A DNA stretch of 60,259 nt, counting the filler, from Aduncisulcus paluster (lineage: Eukaryota): NCBI GenBank assembly GCA_024181965.1. It is 5 parts of 5 records of this genome, joined end to end, with 100 filler letters (N's around TTAATTAATTAA, not from the genome) between each part and the next. Parts side by side here need not be neighbours in the genome. Positions count along the whole stretch, not along the records: positions 1 to 9,472 come from BQXS01010820.1; positions 9,573 to 22,069 come from BQXS01010822.1; 3 more parts are not named here. The stretch is one strand, 5' to 3'. Below the pieces are notes generated by a model. That model did no database searches. It was not told where the DNA came from and saw nothing but the letters and a program-made list of their open reading frames with translations. Shown one piece after another: positions 1 to 11,940 of the stretch; position 1 is the stretch's first letter, and every line of letters begins with the position of its first letter. Position numbers and translations under genes: made by a program.

Positions 1-440
1 TTCATTAAAATGGTGTTTTCATGCGTTGATTCCTCAATGGTCCGCTTAAAAGCCTCATGTTCCTCGGTTAAAGCAGAATGGGACTCATCGATAGAGGAAC
101 ACTTGTCTTTGCACTCTTCAAAGGCTGTTTTTGTATCGATTAGCTCCGTCTGTAATGCCTTGACCTGCTGTCTTAATTTTTCTTCGAGAGATTTCTTGGA
201 ATCAAGGCTTTGTTTAAGAGCAGCATTATCTGCATGCATCTTATCAAAAGCCTCCTTCTCACTTTTAATAAATTGTTGTTGTTTTATGTATTCATTACGA
301 AGACGAATAAATTCTTGCTGGAAAGCATAAAATTTCTCGCTCTGTAATCGATTTGTCTTCTGGAGTTGAAGACATTCCAATTGTGAATCTTTGAGTCTTT
401 TGGCTAAAAAGTCAGTATTAGTGGCAATTGATTCATCCAT
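1..440 (-). CDS. Coiled-coil protein, 3'-partial (runs off the window start)
   Basis: Manual translation from ATG at 440 gives MDESIATNTDFLAKRLKDSQLECLQLQKTNRLQSEKFYAFQQEFIRLRNEY..., with no stop seen before the window edge and E/K/Q/L heptad-like composition. It is missing from the ORF track because it has no stop in the window. Confidence 0.7.
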   Translation of the reverse strand, partial: MDESIATNTDFLAKRLKDSQLECLQLQKTNRLQSEKFYAFQQEFIRLRNEYIKQQQFIKSEKEAFDKMHADNAALKQSLDSKKSLEEKLRQQVKALQTELIDTKTAFEECKDKCSSIDESHSALTEEHEAFKRTIEESTHENTILM

Positions 441-716
441 ATTGGGATCCTCAAGAGCTATTCTCTCAAGAAGAAGTCAAGAATTTCTTTCCATCATGAA
501 TTGATTCCTTATTTTCCCACTTGTAATCGATAACTTATTTAAGATAGATTTTAAACTCTATTTTATTTATTGGTTTAATATTATCCTTCAAAATTGGGGA
601 GAAAACTGAAAGTCCAAAAAAATCTGGAATTTACAATCGAATGAAAGTATTATAAAATTAATTTGTTTATTTTGGACATTGAAGAATCCGTATTATATGT
701 AAAATTGGTAGATTTC

Positions 717-3700
717 TTATCCGCAAGTGGCGAACAATCTAAAGGCATTTGTACCAATTCTAGGTGGTTGTCCCATCACAATACTAGCAGAAGGTGTTTC
801 AACTGTGTCTGTAGATCCACGGGTAGCCGCGTGAACCAAGAAATTCGTGGTGGTTTCGAAACTCATCTTGAAGAGAGGAGAAGGAGAGAATCTGGCACCT
901 TGTCTTGTGAAAGGAACTACATGTCCGTTTATGGTCATCTTATCACCAATCAAACTGAGATGTCTATGATCAACAGAAATTGAGTAAGTACTAAAAATAG
1001 ATCCAATTTCCATAACCATCAGAGCTCTCCCAGCCTCAACTCCGTATTTCCTTATCATCTCAATGCAATTATTCGTATAAATTCTGTTGAGATCAAGCAC
1101 CTCGTCTCCAATCTCCCAGATTGAATCGATAGATGATCCCTCAGTCTGGAGAACAGCCTGTTTCTTGCTGGAATCGAATGGATGCATGTGTTGAGCAAGA
1201 GAGAAACATCTTGAAAGTCCAGGGACCTTTCTAATACTTACTTGTTCGACAACGTTTTCAACAATAGATGTCATCAAAAGCTTGTCAACATTGGCACGCA
1301 TACACAATTTGAAAGTAGCAATGGGAACTCCGTCTTGCATAATAAATTTAACATCGTGAATGGATTTCAGACGCGTCTCTATACATTTCTGTTCGGAAGG
1401 AGTAATGTCCTGTGCCCACTCAGCCTCCAATTCCTCTTCAGTCTTCTCTATCCGCTCTGACTTCAAGAAAGATTCAATGGGAAGTACTTGAAGTTGTTTG
1501 AGAGTGTGATATATGGACACAGTGGCACCTATTGAGGACGAAGGGTTGGTGAGGACACCAGTCTTGTCTTCATCATCAGATTCCTCGTCTTTTCCATCGT
1601 TTTCGTCCTCTTCTTCTTCATCCTTCTGGTCAGACGCTTGGGAGAGGAGAGCTGTCGCAGTTGTTTCTTCATCTGTTATACTGATACCTTTCTCCCGGCT
1701 CATGGAGACACTCTCACTCACCTCATCGGCACCATAGGCACGGAGAGCACGACGCTCAGAGCTCTTCTTGGCTTCTTTTCTCTTGGCAGGGTCTTCTTCA
1801 AGCTCTGCATTGTTAGTTCCCTCTTTGAGCTCTCTCTCTTTCTCTTCCTCCACTTCGTCGTTCACACCGCTATGTGTAGATATCATTGAGGATGCGTGCT
1901 TCCCACTTTGTCTGACCTCTTTGAGCACAGTTTTCTGTAAGAGAGAGAGGAAACGAATAATGAGACCAGCACGTAATTGCATCGGAGTCACTCCAACTCC
2001 CTTTTCCTTCAATTTCTTCAGAGATTCGAAGACGAGGCCGCATTCATAGACACGAATAGGGTTGGCTGACTCCTTCCTTGAAGCAATACTAACATTATCA
2101 ATAGGATCGAGAGACAAATACTCGGTAACATGTAAACCGTGTAATAGGCCTCGAAGAGAAATGGTTCCGAGATATCCGGCCAGTTTGGGAGCTAGGGAAG
2201 GATCGACATGGGGGAGCAAAGGAAGCTGCATGGAGGGGGTCTTTATATCCTCTGAAAGACTCTTCACAATTTCGTTTAGACGGGGAATACCCAGGGTGAC
2301 ATTGGCAGCTCCATGCCCAGCAAGATGAAAAGTATTCAATGTAAGCTGAGTTGAAGGTTCTCCTACACTTTCTGCAGCTACAACTCCTACAGCTTCTCCT
2401 GGTTGGATAGTTGATCTCAGGTACTTTAACAACATGACTGCCTTGAATACTTTGCGATCAATGCTGAGAGATGCCAGTTTCTTCTTGTTTTCTTTGATCC
2501 ACTCATTGAGTTTCTTCTCGTATGATTCACTGACGGCACCAAGACAACTCTGAGGGTTCAAAAACTCAAGTACAGGGTCAGGGTAACGCACAACAACCCC
2601 ATTATCCTCAACGGGCTTTCCTTTCTTCCTGTCTTTCTTGTCCTTCTTTTCTTTCTTCTCAATGGCCTTGAGAATAGCTTTCATCTCTTTCTGGTACTCT
2701 GAAGCACTGGAAGTGTCAAGGGAACCAAGAGCAGAATCGGGATTCAACTGCTCAGTAACACGACCAAAGTTTTCACTCAAAAAGTCAAAGTTTGTCAAGA
2801 ATCCCTGTTTTGTGGTATCAAGAGAATCTCCACCATATCTGACCTGCACAAGAAGACCCTGTTCGTCACGGACAGTAGCATCATAAGCAACGTGAACACT
2901 CTCAAGTCCCTTAATGAGACACCTCTGAAGGTATCCAGATGTAGCGGTCTTGACGGCGGTATCGACCAAACCTTCACGCCCAGCCATACAATGGAAATAA
3001 TAGCTTTGAGGTCTCAATCCGCTCAAAAATCTATCAGAAATGTACCCACCACTGATGGGATTCTGATCATATGGAAGGTACGAAGGCATAGTACGCCCAC
3101 TGGGCATGATTGGCACACGTCTTCCCTCAAGACTCTGTTGCCCAAGACAACATGTAATCTGAGAAAAGTTAACCTTACTTCCTTTGGCTCCAGTCACAAT
3201 CATCAGAGAGAAACAGTTCTTTGGGAAGGGACGGATCAGACCTTTCGGATACACTTCACCAATTACTTTGGTAGTAACACCATTGGTCATCTCGCTGTAT
3301 GCATTATCAAGCTTCTGGTCAAGCAGACTGTCAGTGGCCATACGTTCCTTCACGGCACGACGGTAGGCCTCTTCTCTCGCAAGAGATGTGGGAAGGGTGT
3401 CAACGAACTTTGTGAATTCTTCAGACACGTCAAGAATCGAGGAGATAGTCTTCTCTCTCTCAGCATTCCATCTCTCTGAGGCCTTCAACATCGTATGTCT
3501 GTGACGTTCTGTCGTCTCCAACAGCACAAGATCCTCCAGAGAACAGGTATGGCCGTGCATCTGGATGTAGGAAGTTCCCAGACGGGCGAGAGATGTCAAG
3601 AGGTTGTTAGCGGTGGCACCACCATAGAGTTCCTGGATTGAGTGCACGAGACCACCAGTAGCGGCAGCCAACTGACTTTTTTCAATGAGACCGGCAAGAA

Positions 3701-6221
3701 GGTGGCACTTCCTAATGAGGACAGATCCCTCAGGGTCAGAGTTGGATAAACCCCATTCGACTGGCCTGACCTTGTTCCTTGAAACCATGTTAAAGTCGCT
3801 GTTCCTTCCCTTGGTGATGTAAAGAAGCAGAACTGAGATAACCTGTTTACCTGTGTACAAGGGTTGAGGGTACATGATAGCAGGAGGAACCTCATTTACA
3901 GGAATCGTGCCTTGAACTTCTGACGGGTTTACATTCTGGCAAGCAATATAACAGAGTTGCATAAACTTCTCACGGGAGAGGAATGTGTCTTTCTTGGTCA
4001 ACAGAGTACCAGCGACAACGTGATCCTGAATAAGCCCACGGATGGGACTTCCAGCCGTGGGAGTAACATACATTTCGTTGTTACTCATAATGAACCTAGC
4101 CTCGGCCATAGCTTGGTGAGTCTGGGGCAAGTGCATGTTCATCTCATCTCCATCAAAGTCAGCATTATACGAAGCACAGTTACAATAGTGGAAACGGAGG
4201 GTACGCTGTTGAGGGAGAACATGCACACGATGAGCCATGATGGAGGCTTTGTGAAGAGTTGGCTGTCTGTTCATAAGGACATAATCGTTATTGTTCATAT
4301 GACGATACACGATCTTGGGAACGTCACCTTTGCCTTTTGCGACAACAGCAGGAGATGGAGAGAGCAAATTCTCAGCAAGTTTCTCCCTAATCTCTTTGTT
4401 CAGAAGACTAAGATCTTTCTTCCTTCCAAGCTCATCCTCAATAACATTAGCTCCAGGATATGTGTCTGAACCATTAATGACGAGACGTCTGAGTTCATCA
4501 ACATTATGAGATGTTACAGGCTCTGGGAAAGTGAGAGTCTTGGCAAAACGAAGAGGAACACCAATCTCATTCGCACCAATGTTGGGATCTGGGGAAATAA
4601 CAGATCTGGCAGCATAGTTAACACGCTTCCCCATCATATTCTGACGCAAAAGACCAGTTTTCTTATCCAAGAGCTGCTTAATACCCGGGGCAGCAGTCCT
4701 TCCACCAGTGGGGGGTCCTTGGGTGGAGTCAATGAGTGAATTAACATGCTGTTGGAGTTGAACGATCATTTGTAGCATTCTCTTACGGCGCTCTTCGTCA
4801 GATAAGGCAGCTAAACGACGAGCAAAACCCAAAGAAAGGGACTGAGCTCGACTCAACTTCTCTCCGGACGTTGTCTTCTGTTTCTTCTGTTTCTTCTTGT
4901 CAGAAGAAGAAGATGAGGAGGAGGAGGATTCAGACTCAGAGGATGACGATGAACTCTCTTCCTCTTCTTCTTCCTCTTCCTCTTCCTCTCCCTCTCCTTC
5001 TTTCGCTTTCTCCCCTTCCTCTTCATCGGGATTACTTGTTTTGCTGTTGATAATGTGATCTTGTAATTTACCAGAAGCAGAGAGCTGCAATTGCATAAGA
5101 GAATTGGCGGTACGTAAAATGTTGGAATATATCTCGTTTTGAGGATGGGCAGCCACAGCATCGCCCATGATAGCGGGGGGGCGGAATTGGTTAGGAGCAA
5201 CGGGAAGAAGGGATAAGAAGAACATTTGCGGGTTGGCAAGGCGGAAGCTGCCCTCGGATGTCTTGTGAATCTGACCAAACATCAAATCAACCAGATCTTT
5301 CTCTCTGATCCAAACCCCTTCGAGAATCTTCAGGATGGAATCAGGAGTAACATATTGTGTGCTTGTAATATCATGACCAATTGTTGTTTTATCCATTAAT
5401 GACTCAGACTCTTCATCTTCACTCGACTCAGAAGATTCTTGGTCATTATCTTCGCTTTCATTGGTTTCTTGATCCTTAGAATCGTCGTATTTCCTCCTTT
5501 TCCCAGTTTTAGATCTCTCAGCCTCGGCAGCTAGCTGTTTGGCAAGAGTGGTGGCATTAGAACGCTGCTGCATAGCAGATAAAGGTTTCTTAAATATTTT
5601 CCAGGAATGATCGTGAGAATAACGGGATATAAAGAGAGAACAATGAGGACAACGTGGTTTGCAGGCTGTGAAAAGAGCTTTTTCAAGCTTTGCCCGCAAA
5701 GCAATCGTAAAATTGTTGGAATGAACAGGTCCGCCATTCTTCTTAATAATTGAAATGGCCTTATCGCGTAAATTTGTAAATTCTGAATTATCAAGGAAAG
5801 TGTCATCGTTGGCGGAAAGCAATTTCGATACTTGACTGAGCAATCCAGCATCAAGACACAGAAAGGCTGTGATTAACCTTGAACGAGTATCTTCTGCAAT
5901 ACGAAAGGCATGACATTTTGGGCAAATACGATTAATAACAGTTTGAAGCAAAGGAAAAGTTGTTGGATTGTAGACAGGACATGGTAACTCGATATGACCA
6001 AAATGACCAGGACAAGCTTCCCTATTTTGTCCACAAGTAGCACAAAAGGCGCCAGCAACGGATCCCATACGCTTATCATAGAGACCGTCAGGAATAGGAG
6101 CACCACATGAATCAAACAAACCCAACGACTTAACTCCACACACAGAGATTTTTTTGATCAATTCGGGTTGCCAAAACCCAAAGTTGATCCCCTCTATATG
6201 ATGAAATGTTTGGCTCTTCAT
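717..6221 (-). CDS. RPA1: DNA-directed RNA polymerase I largest subunit (RPA1/RPA190)
   Basis: N-terminal Zn site CATC...CPGHFGHIEL; catalytic YNADFDGDEMN; Pol I-type NRQPTLHKASIMAH and LRFHYCNC; GKRVNYAARSVISPDP; HCMAGREGLVDTAVKTA; TQLTLNTFHLAG; DHRHLSLIGD. Confidence 0.96.
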   Translation of the reverse strand: MKSQTFHHIEGINFGFWQPELIKKISVCGVKSLGLFDSCGAPIPDGLYDKRMGSVAGAFCATCGQNREACPGHFGHIELPCPVYNPTTFPLLQTVINRICPKCHAFRIAEDTRSRLITAFLCLDAGLLSQVSKLLSANDDTFLDNSEFTNLRDKAISIIKKNGGPVHSNNFTIALRAKLEKALFTACKPRCPHCSLFISRYSHDHSWKIFKKPLSAMQQRSNATTLAKQLAAEAERSKTGKRRKYDDSKDQETNESEDNDQESSESSEDEESESLMDKTTIGHDITSTQYVTPDSILKILEGVWIREKDLVDLMFGQIHKTSEGSFRLANPQMFFLSLLPVAPNQFRPPAIMGDAVAAHPQNEIYSNILRTANSLMQLQLSASGKLQDHIINSKTSNPDEEEGEKAKEGEGEEEEEEEEEEESSSSSSESESSSSSSSSSDKKKQKKQKTTSGEKLSRAQSLSLGFARRLAALSDEERRKRMLQMIVQLQQHVNSLIDSTQGPPTGGRTAAPGIKQLLDKKTGLLRQNMMGKRVNYAARSVISPDPNIGANEIGVPLRFAKTLTFPEPVTSHNVDELRRLVINGSDTYPGANVIEDELGRKKDLSLLNKEIREKLAENLLSPSPAVVAKGKGDVPKIVYRHMNNNDYVLMNRQPTLHKASIMAHRVHVLPQQRTLRFHYCNCASYNADFDGDEMNMHLPQTHQAMAEARFIMSNNEMYVTPTAGSPIRGLIQDHVVAGTLLTKKDTFLSREKFMQLCYIACQNVNPSEVQGTIPVNEVPPAIMYPQPLYTGKQVISVLLLYITKGRNSDFNMVSRNKVRPVEWGLSNSDPEGSVLIRKCHLLAGLIEKSQLAAATGGLVHSIQELYGGATANNLLTSLARLGTSYIQMHGHTCSLEDLVLLETTERHRHTMLKASERWNAEREKTISSILDVSEEFTKFVDTLPTSLAREEAYRRAVKERMATDSLLDQKLDNAYSEMTNGVTTKVIGEVYPKGLIRPFPKNCFSLMIVTGAKGSKVNFSQITCCLGQQSLEGRRVPIMPSGRTMPSYLPYDQNPISGGYISDRFLSGLRPQSYYFHCMAGREGLVDTAVKTATSGYLQRCLIKGLESVHVAYDATVRDEQGLLVQVRYGGDSLDTTKQGFLTNFDFLSENFGRVTEQLNPDSALGSLDTSSASEYQKEMKAILKAIEKKEKKDKKDRKKGKPVEDNGVVVRYPDPVLEFLNPQSCLGAVSESYEKKLNEWIKENKKKLASLSIDRKVFKAVMLLKYLRSTIQPGEAVGVVAAESVGEPSTQLTLNTFHLAGHGAANVTLGIPRLNEIVKSLSEDIKTPSMQLPLLPHVDPSLAPKLAGYLGTISLRGLLHGLHVTEYLSLDPIDNVSIASRKESANPIRVYECGLVFESLKKLKEKGVGVTPMQLRAGLIIRFLSLLQKTVLKEVRQSGKHASSMISTHSGVNDEVEEEKERELKEGTNNAELEEDPAKRKEAKKSSERRALRAYGADEVSESVSMSREKGISITDEETTATALLSQASDQKDEEEEDENDGKDEESDDEDKTGVLTNPSSSIGATVSIYHTLKQLQVLPIESFLKSERIEKTEEELEAEWAQDITPSEQKCIETRLKSIHDVKFIMQDGVPIATFKLCMRANVDKLLMTSIVENVVEQVSIRKVPGLSRCFSLAQHMHPFDSSKKQAVLQTEGSSIDSIWEIGDEVLDLNRIYTNNCIEMIRKYGVEAGRALMVMEIGSIFSTYSISVDHRHLSLIGDKMTINGHVVPFTRQGARFSPSPLFKMSFETTTNFLVHAATRGSTDTVETPSASIVMGQPPRIGTNAFRLFATCG

Positions 6222-6660
6222 AATGATTGGGCCAAAAGTCTGTACATTGAAGTGATTGAGTGGATACCATTGTATCTAAAGCTAAAATAAAGAATTAGCA
6301 AAATATTTATTGATAAATAGGAAGTAAAAATACAAAATATGTATTTAAAATAAAGAAGTACCAATAAATTAATGAAATAGTAGGTCGGGAATCTATCTTC
6401 AAATTCTATTGGTACAATAATTTTTAAATGGGTAATATTTAATCAATATTTGTATTAAAATCTAATTTTTATTGCAATGAACATGATATTGGCCAAATGA
6501 GCGAGATAATAAAGATCGTCAAATGCACGAATTAATTCGTCCTTTCAACCATAAATTTAATAATGTATAATATCATGCTCAGATTCATCAAAGAAACGTG
6601 TTAATACTTTGATTATTCCCCTATTCATGTTTTTGATTGGATCATGGCGTTTTGCTTCTG
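6222..6660. promoter_or_regulatory. Probable bidirectional promoter region between RPA1 and LeuRS
   Basis: AT-rich ~440 bp between two divergent start codons. Positional inference only. Confidence 0.4.
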
Positions 6661-9472
6661 ATGTCAAAAGTAGAGAAATTAAAACAGTTGGAAAAGAAAT
6701 GGCAAGAGGCCTGGGAAGCTGAAAAGGCTTTTGAGGCTGATCCCGAAGATGGAAAAGAGAAGTTTTTTACAACCTTCCCATATCCATACATGAATGGACG
6801 TCTTCATTTGGGTCATTTGTTTTCTGCTTCTAAAGCTGAATATGTTACTGGTCATCAGAGTTTGATGGGAAAGAATGCTCTTTGGCCTTTTGGTTTCCAC
6901 GGAACTGGAATGCCTATTGTTGCTGCTGCTTTGAAACTCAAGGAAGAGATTGATGAATTTGGATGTCCTCCTGTTTTCCCTGAGGATGAGGAAACCGTTG
7001 TTCAAACTCCTCACACCAAGCCTGAAGAAGAGAAGGTTCCTGAAGATATTACTGGTAAAGCTCTTGGTCAATTTAAAACAAAGAAGAGTAAGCTTGCTGC
7101 AAAGACTGGAAATGCCCGCCAATGGACTATTCTTGAGAGTATGGGTGTTGATGTTGAGGAGATCCCAAAATTCGTTGAGGCCAAATATTGGTTACAATAT
7201 TTTCCTCCCATTGCTATGGAGGATATGAAGGCCTTTGGTGCTCGTGTAGATTGGCGTAGATCTTTTATTACAACTGATATGAATCCCTATTATGATTCTT
7301 TCATCAGATGGCATTTCACTACTTTGAAAGAACGTGGAAAGGTGAAATTCGGAAAGAGGATCAGTATTTATTCCCCCAAAGATAAACAAGAATGTGCTGA
7401 TCATGCCAGAGCTAAGGGAGAGGGTGTTGGACCCACTGAATACAGCATGATTCTTCTCAAGGTGAAAGATATCTCCATGTGTAAACCTCTTGCCCATTTG
7501 GCCGATAAGGATGTTTATCTTGGGGCTGGAACTCTCAGACCTGAGACTATGTATGGTCAGACAAATTGTTGGGCTCTTCCTACTGGTGAATACGGTGCCT
7601 ATGAGCTCGAAGATGGTCGTGTCATCATTGTTAGTGACTATGCCGGAAAGAATCTTGCTTTCCAAGACCATCAATGTAAAGGAGGTGAGTTTGGTGAGAC
7701 TCGTTGTCTTGGTCATTGCACTGGAAGTGATTTGTTTGGTGTTCCTCTCAGGGCCCCCCGCACATCCTATGACACTGTCTATGTTCTTCCTTTGCTCACC
7801 ATTAGCATGAGCAAAGGTACTGGTATTGTTACTTCTGTGCCTTCTGATGCTCCTGATGATTACGCTGCTCTCAAGGATCTCATGCGTAAGCCCTTGTTAA
7901 GAGAGAAGTTTGGACTCAAGGATGAGTGGGTGATGCCCTATGAAGTTGTCGAGATTATCGAGATCTCTGACCTCGGAAAGGATAAGGTCACCTCTACTCG
8001 CAGTGCTGTCTACATGTGTGACGAGGAACTCAAGGTTCAGAGTCAACACGACCACGCTAAGTTGGTTGTCGCCAAACAAGAATGTTATGAGAGTGGTTTC
8101 TACAAGGGAAAGATGATCATTGATGATGTTGTCACCGTGGCTGGCAAAGAGATCCCATTAAAGGGAATGGCCGTGTCTGATGCAAAAGAGGTTGTCCGTG
8201 ATGCCATGATCGAGGCAAAGGAATGTTTCATGTTCAGTGTTGCCGACAAGGAAGTTGTCAGTAGGAGTGGTGACCAGTGTGTGTGTGCTCTTGTTGACCA
8301 GTGGTATATCGACTATAGTGAATTGGAGTGGCAAAATGATGTTTTCAAGACCTTTAAGAGGGATCTTGATACTTTCTGTCCCGAGATTAGGAATTCTATG
8401 CGTCAAATTATCTCATGGCTTGGACCTAAGAGTGTCTCCCGTATCTTTGGTTTAGGAACCCGTATCCCATGGGACACTCAGTTCCTCATTGAATCCCTCT
8501 CCGATAGTACAATTTACATGGCATTCTACACTGTTTCTCACCTTCTTCAGGGTGGTGTTCTTGATGGGAAAGGCGATGGAAAGGGAACAATTGGTGTTGC
8601 CGCTGAAACTATGGACAATGCTGCTTGGGACGCTGTTATGCTCAAGAAACCACTCCCTGAAGGCCATCCTCTCACTTCTGAACAACTTGAGAAACTCCGT
8701 AGAGAGTTTAACTACTGGTACCCCGTTGATATTCGTGTGAGTGGAAAGGATTTGGTATACAATCACTTGGTCATGGCTCTCTATAACCATGTGGCCATCT
8801 GGGGTTGTGATGATCAAAGCAAGATGATAAAGGGAATTCGTGCCAACGGTCATCTCTTGCTCGATGGCGAGAAGATGTCCAAGCAGAAAGGAAACTTCCT
8901 TACTGCTAAACAGGCTATTGATCTGTATGGTGCTGATGCCGTAAGACTTACTTTAGCTACAAGTGGAGATGGTGTTGAAGATGCCAATTTCAAGACTGAT
9001 GAGGCCAAGGCTGCTGCTCTCAAGATGGCCGCTGTTCTTCAGTTTGCTGAGCACACTTGTGGATTGGAAGTTGCTGATGACGAGGAGGATGAGGAAGAAA
9101 TCCGTCATCGTGGTGTTGCCCTCAGACCTATTGACTCTCCTCTCACTTTGTTGGATGAGGTTTGTTTGTCTCAGATCAATTCCTGTATCCGTGAGACCAT
9201 TGCCGCATTTGACCGTTGTCTCTTTGCTCGTGGTGTGAAATATGCCATGTACGAGATGCTCAAGGTTCGTGATCAATACAGGAATCACTCTCTGGGAAAC
9301 ATGCACACTGGTGTTGCCCGTGAATGGTTACGTGTCCATGCCTTACTTATGGCTCCCATTACCAGTCATTACTCTGAGGAGATTCATCGTAATATCCTTG
9401 GTTTGGAGTCTGTTCAGAAGACTGTCTATCCTCTCGAATTCCCTGTCATGACCGCTGAAGATAAAGAGAAGG
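6661..9472 (+). CDS. LARS1: Leucyl-tRNA synthetase, cytosolic (eukaryote/archaeal type), 3'-truncated by contig end
   Basis: FPYPYMNGRLHLGH (HIGH motif), DWRRSFITTD, CP1 editing motifs TLRPETMYGQTNCW and KGTGIVTSVPSDAPDD, IESLSDSTIYMAFYT, KMSKQKGNF. First ATG is at 6661. Confidence 0.96.
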
Positions 9473-9572
9473 NNNNNNNNNNNNNNNNNNNNNNNNNNNN
9501 NNNNNNNNNNNNNNNNTTAATTAATTAANNNNNNNNNNNNNNNNNNNNNNNNNNNNNNNNNNNNNNNNNNNN
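9473..9572. other. Artificial contig spacer (N44-TTAATTAATTAA-N44)
   Basis: Six-frame stop linker flanked by Ns; genes on both sides are truncated. Confidence 0.97.
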
Positions 9573-11518
9573 AAACTGCCAAAGAACAGAAACATAAAGA
9601 GATGTTGCTTGAATATCAAGACCTTAACAGAGAGGTCCAAGCAACTATTCAAAGAAGAGTTCGTTCCGAAAGTGTGCACTCTGATCTTAGAGAAGAAGGA
9701 GAGGCAAGACAAGGGGAAGATTCTGTCCAAGTTCAGCTGGTTGATCAAGACAATGTCCTTCTCCATAACACAACAAGTTCCACAAATCCCCGTATCTCTA
9801 TCCATCATGAGGAGGTCTCTGATTCTACTTCCAATAGCACCACCCATGAAGGACCCCGTGACTCTCCCAGTGACAATGTCATGGATGTATCAAGTTCTCA
9901 GTCCACTGCAACTCACATTGATGCCCAACCCGATGTTGTTCCCATCCAGTTGGAGACTATACCCGAAGTATCTCTGCCTGTCCCCTCTGCTCTGTCCAAT
10001 GAACAAACATCCGAGGCAGATTATTATGCTGCCGACGGATCTCTTGGTTCTAATGAACTGAGTACCGATAATGACGCAATAAGCGATGGATCTGTGGAAG
10101 ATATGTCTGTCATGAGCGTATCCACAACTTTCTCTCTTCTTGTATCTCATTGGCAAATCCTATTGGTGGCTCCGTGGGGTGTCTCATGGGGCATTTTAAA
10201 GCTCAATAGTCTCGATCTATCTCCCAATATCTTCAATACTGGTCTCATGTGCATATGGCCAAATACCTTTACCCCCTTTTCCATGACACTCCTGAATATG
10301 TTCTATCCCATGGTCTGTTTAGTCTCTACATTCCTTGGAATGCCTTATATATTATCCAAAATGCACAATCTATTTACTTCTGTCGATTCTGCTATCCTTT
10401 TCTCAATATGTTGTGAACTGTTCCTCGTTATTTCAGCAAAAGCAGCCGCATCAGTGTTTCGTATTTTTAGAATCGGTTTGACTTCCGATGACTCTGAAGG
10501 TGACAGTCCATATTTCTGGATTTACGATACTAATATTCGATTGAGTGACTCTAAGTGGCTAATTTTAGTCTGGGCCAGTGGCGTTACTCTATTCTTCAAC
10601 CTTGTTCTTGCTCCCATTGTAATAGCATTGATGAACAGAAGACGAAAGAAACGTTCTGGGAATCAAATCCCAATCATTGAAGGTCTGAAAGATGGATTCA
10701 CATGGTTTATTGTTGGCTTGCTTGTATTTAGACAATTATTGCAGATATGTGTTGAAATTATCGATGGCGGAACTTTACAGATCCTTGCTATTGCTATTCT
10801 ATTGATCCTTGCGAGATTATTATTGTGGAAAGCCCTTCCATTTAAGAATGCCGGAGAAAATGATGCTATGATCTGGAGTTTTGATATCAATGCCTTATCA
10901 TACTTGACTGCCGGTTTGGGTAATGTGCTGACGTCTACAGCCGGCAAATGGGTTCTTTATCTGTTTATTGCGCTTTCAATTGTCTGTAACATTCTATATA
11001 TGGTAATTATGGTGGCTGTTTTGGGTAGACAATTATCCTCCCTAAAGTCACTTGCAATCGCCATTCAGAATGGAAAAGAGCGTCTCTTGGATATTCGTCA
11101 TGAAGAGGCAGAGAAAGAGAGGAAAAACCGGAGAGAACCGATATTATATATCCCTGATTCCATGCAAGTCATTCAGTTGGCTCCTTCATCGCCTTCGAGT
11201 GATCAATCCCTTAAACAAGTGCCAAGAACTCCATCGATACTCGATGATGAAACACTAATCACATTCGCTTCTTCTTCCACCAAACTCAAGAAGAAGAGAA
11301 TGCCAAAGGCAACAAAACACCTTACAATTGATTCTGATCTTGAAGCAAAACGGAAGAAATTGGCAGAACAATGGGCCAAAATCTCCACTAAACTCGATGA
11401 CGAAGAGTTGGAGAGACAAAAGAAAAAAGTTCAGCGCAAATTGAACAAAAAACATCGCCTTGGGGAAAAGAAAAGAAAGAAAAGGCAAGGCCTACTTCGA
11501 CCCTTTTTCTTTATTTGA
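9573..11518 (+). CDS. Multi-pass membrane protein, 5'-partial
   Basis: The frame is open from the contig edge (TAKEQKHKEM...). An acidic S/D-rich segment is followed by about 7-8 hydrophobic helices and a basic coiled C-tail. It resembles the membrane module of large protist surface proteins. Confidence 0.75.
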
Positions 11519-11940
11519 TTTAATGCCTTTTTCTTTACTATTTATTTGTTAATATTGCTTCTTTTCATCGCTATTCTTTATTTTTTGAAATTCATTCTTT
11601 TCATTATTGATTATCATATTGTTTTGTATAATTCCATCCATATTCCATTCTCGTTGAATAAATTTCAAAGTTTTCAAATTTGATATTTTCTCTTTCAATC
11701 TGATTGAACTGTTTTTGCGTTTCCACTCCTTTTCTCCGTAGTACAATAATAATTCAGGCGTTGTATGTTTATTTTATTGCGTTTGTTTAACTTTGTTCTT
11801 TTTCTGATCGGCCATATTCTTATTTCTTGTTATCTTTCTGTTCAAATCCATACAATATCATCTTATCAAATTTACGCTTTTAAAATATCTTATTTTCATT
11901 CAGAAGGCCAATTTTACTTTATATTTTATTTTGAATATTT

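Noticed and set aside
10-330. Plus-strand 106-aa ORF
   Set aside because: It is the antisense shadow of the minus-strand coiled-coil gene starting at 440.
441-497. In-frame upstream ATG ATG...TGA before the gene at 440 (possible readthrough or selenocysteine)
   Set aside because: Only six codons precede the TGA, there is no supporting homology or SECIS, and TGA is an ordinary stop elsewhere in the window.
9517-9528. TTAATTAATTAA as a biological palindrome or repeat
   Set aside because: It is always centred in N runs, so it is a synthetic linker.
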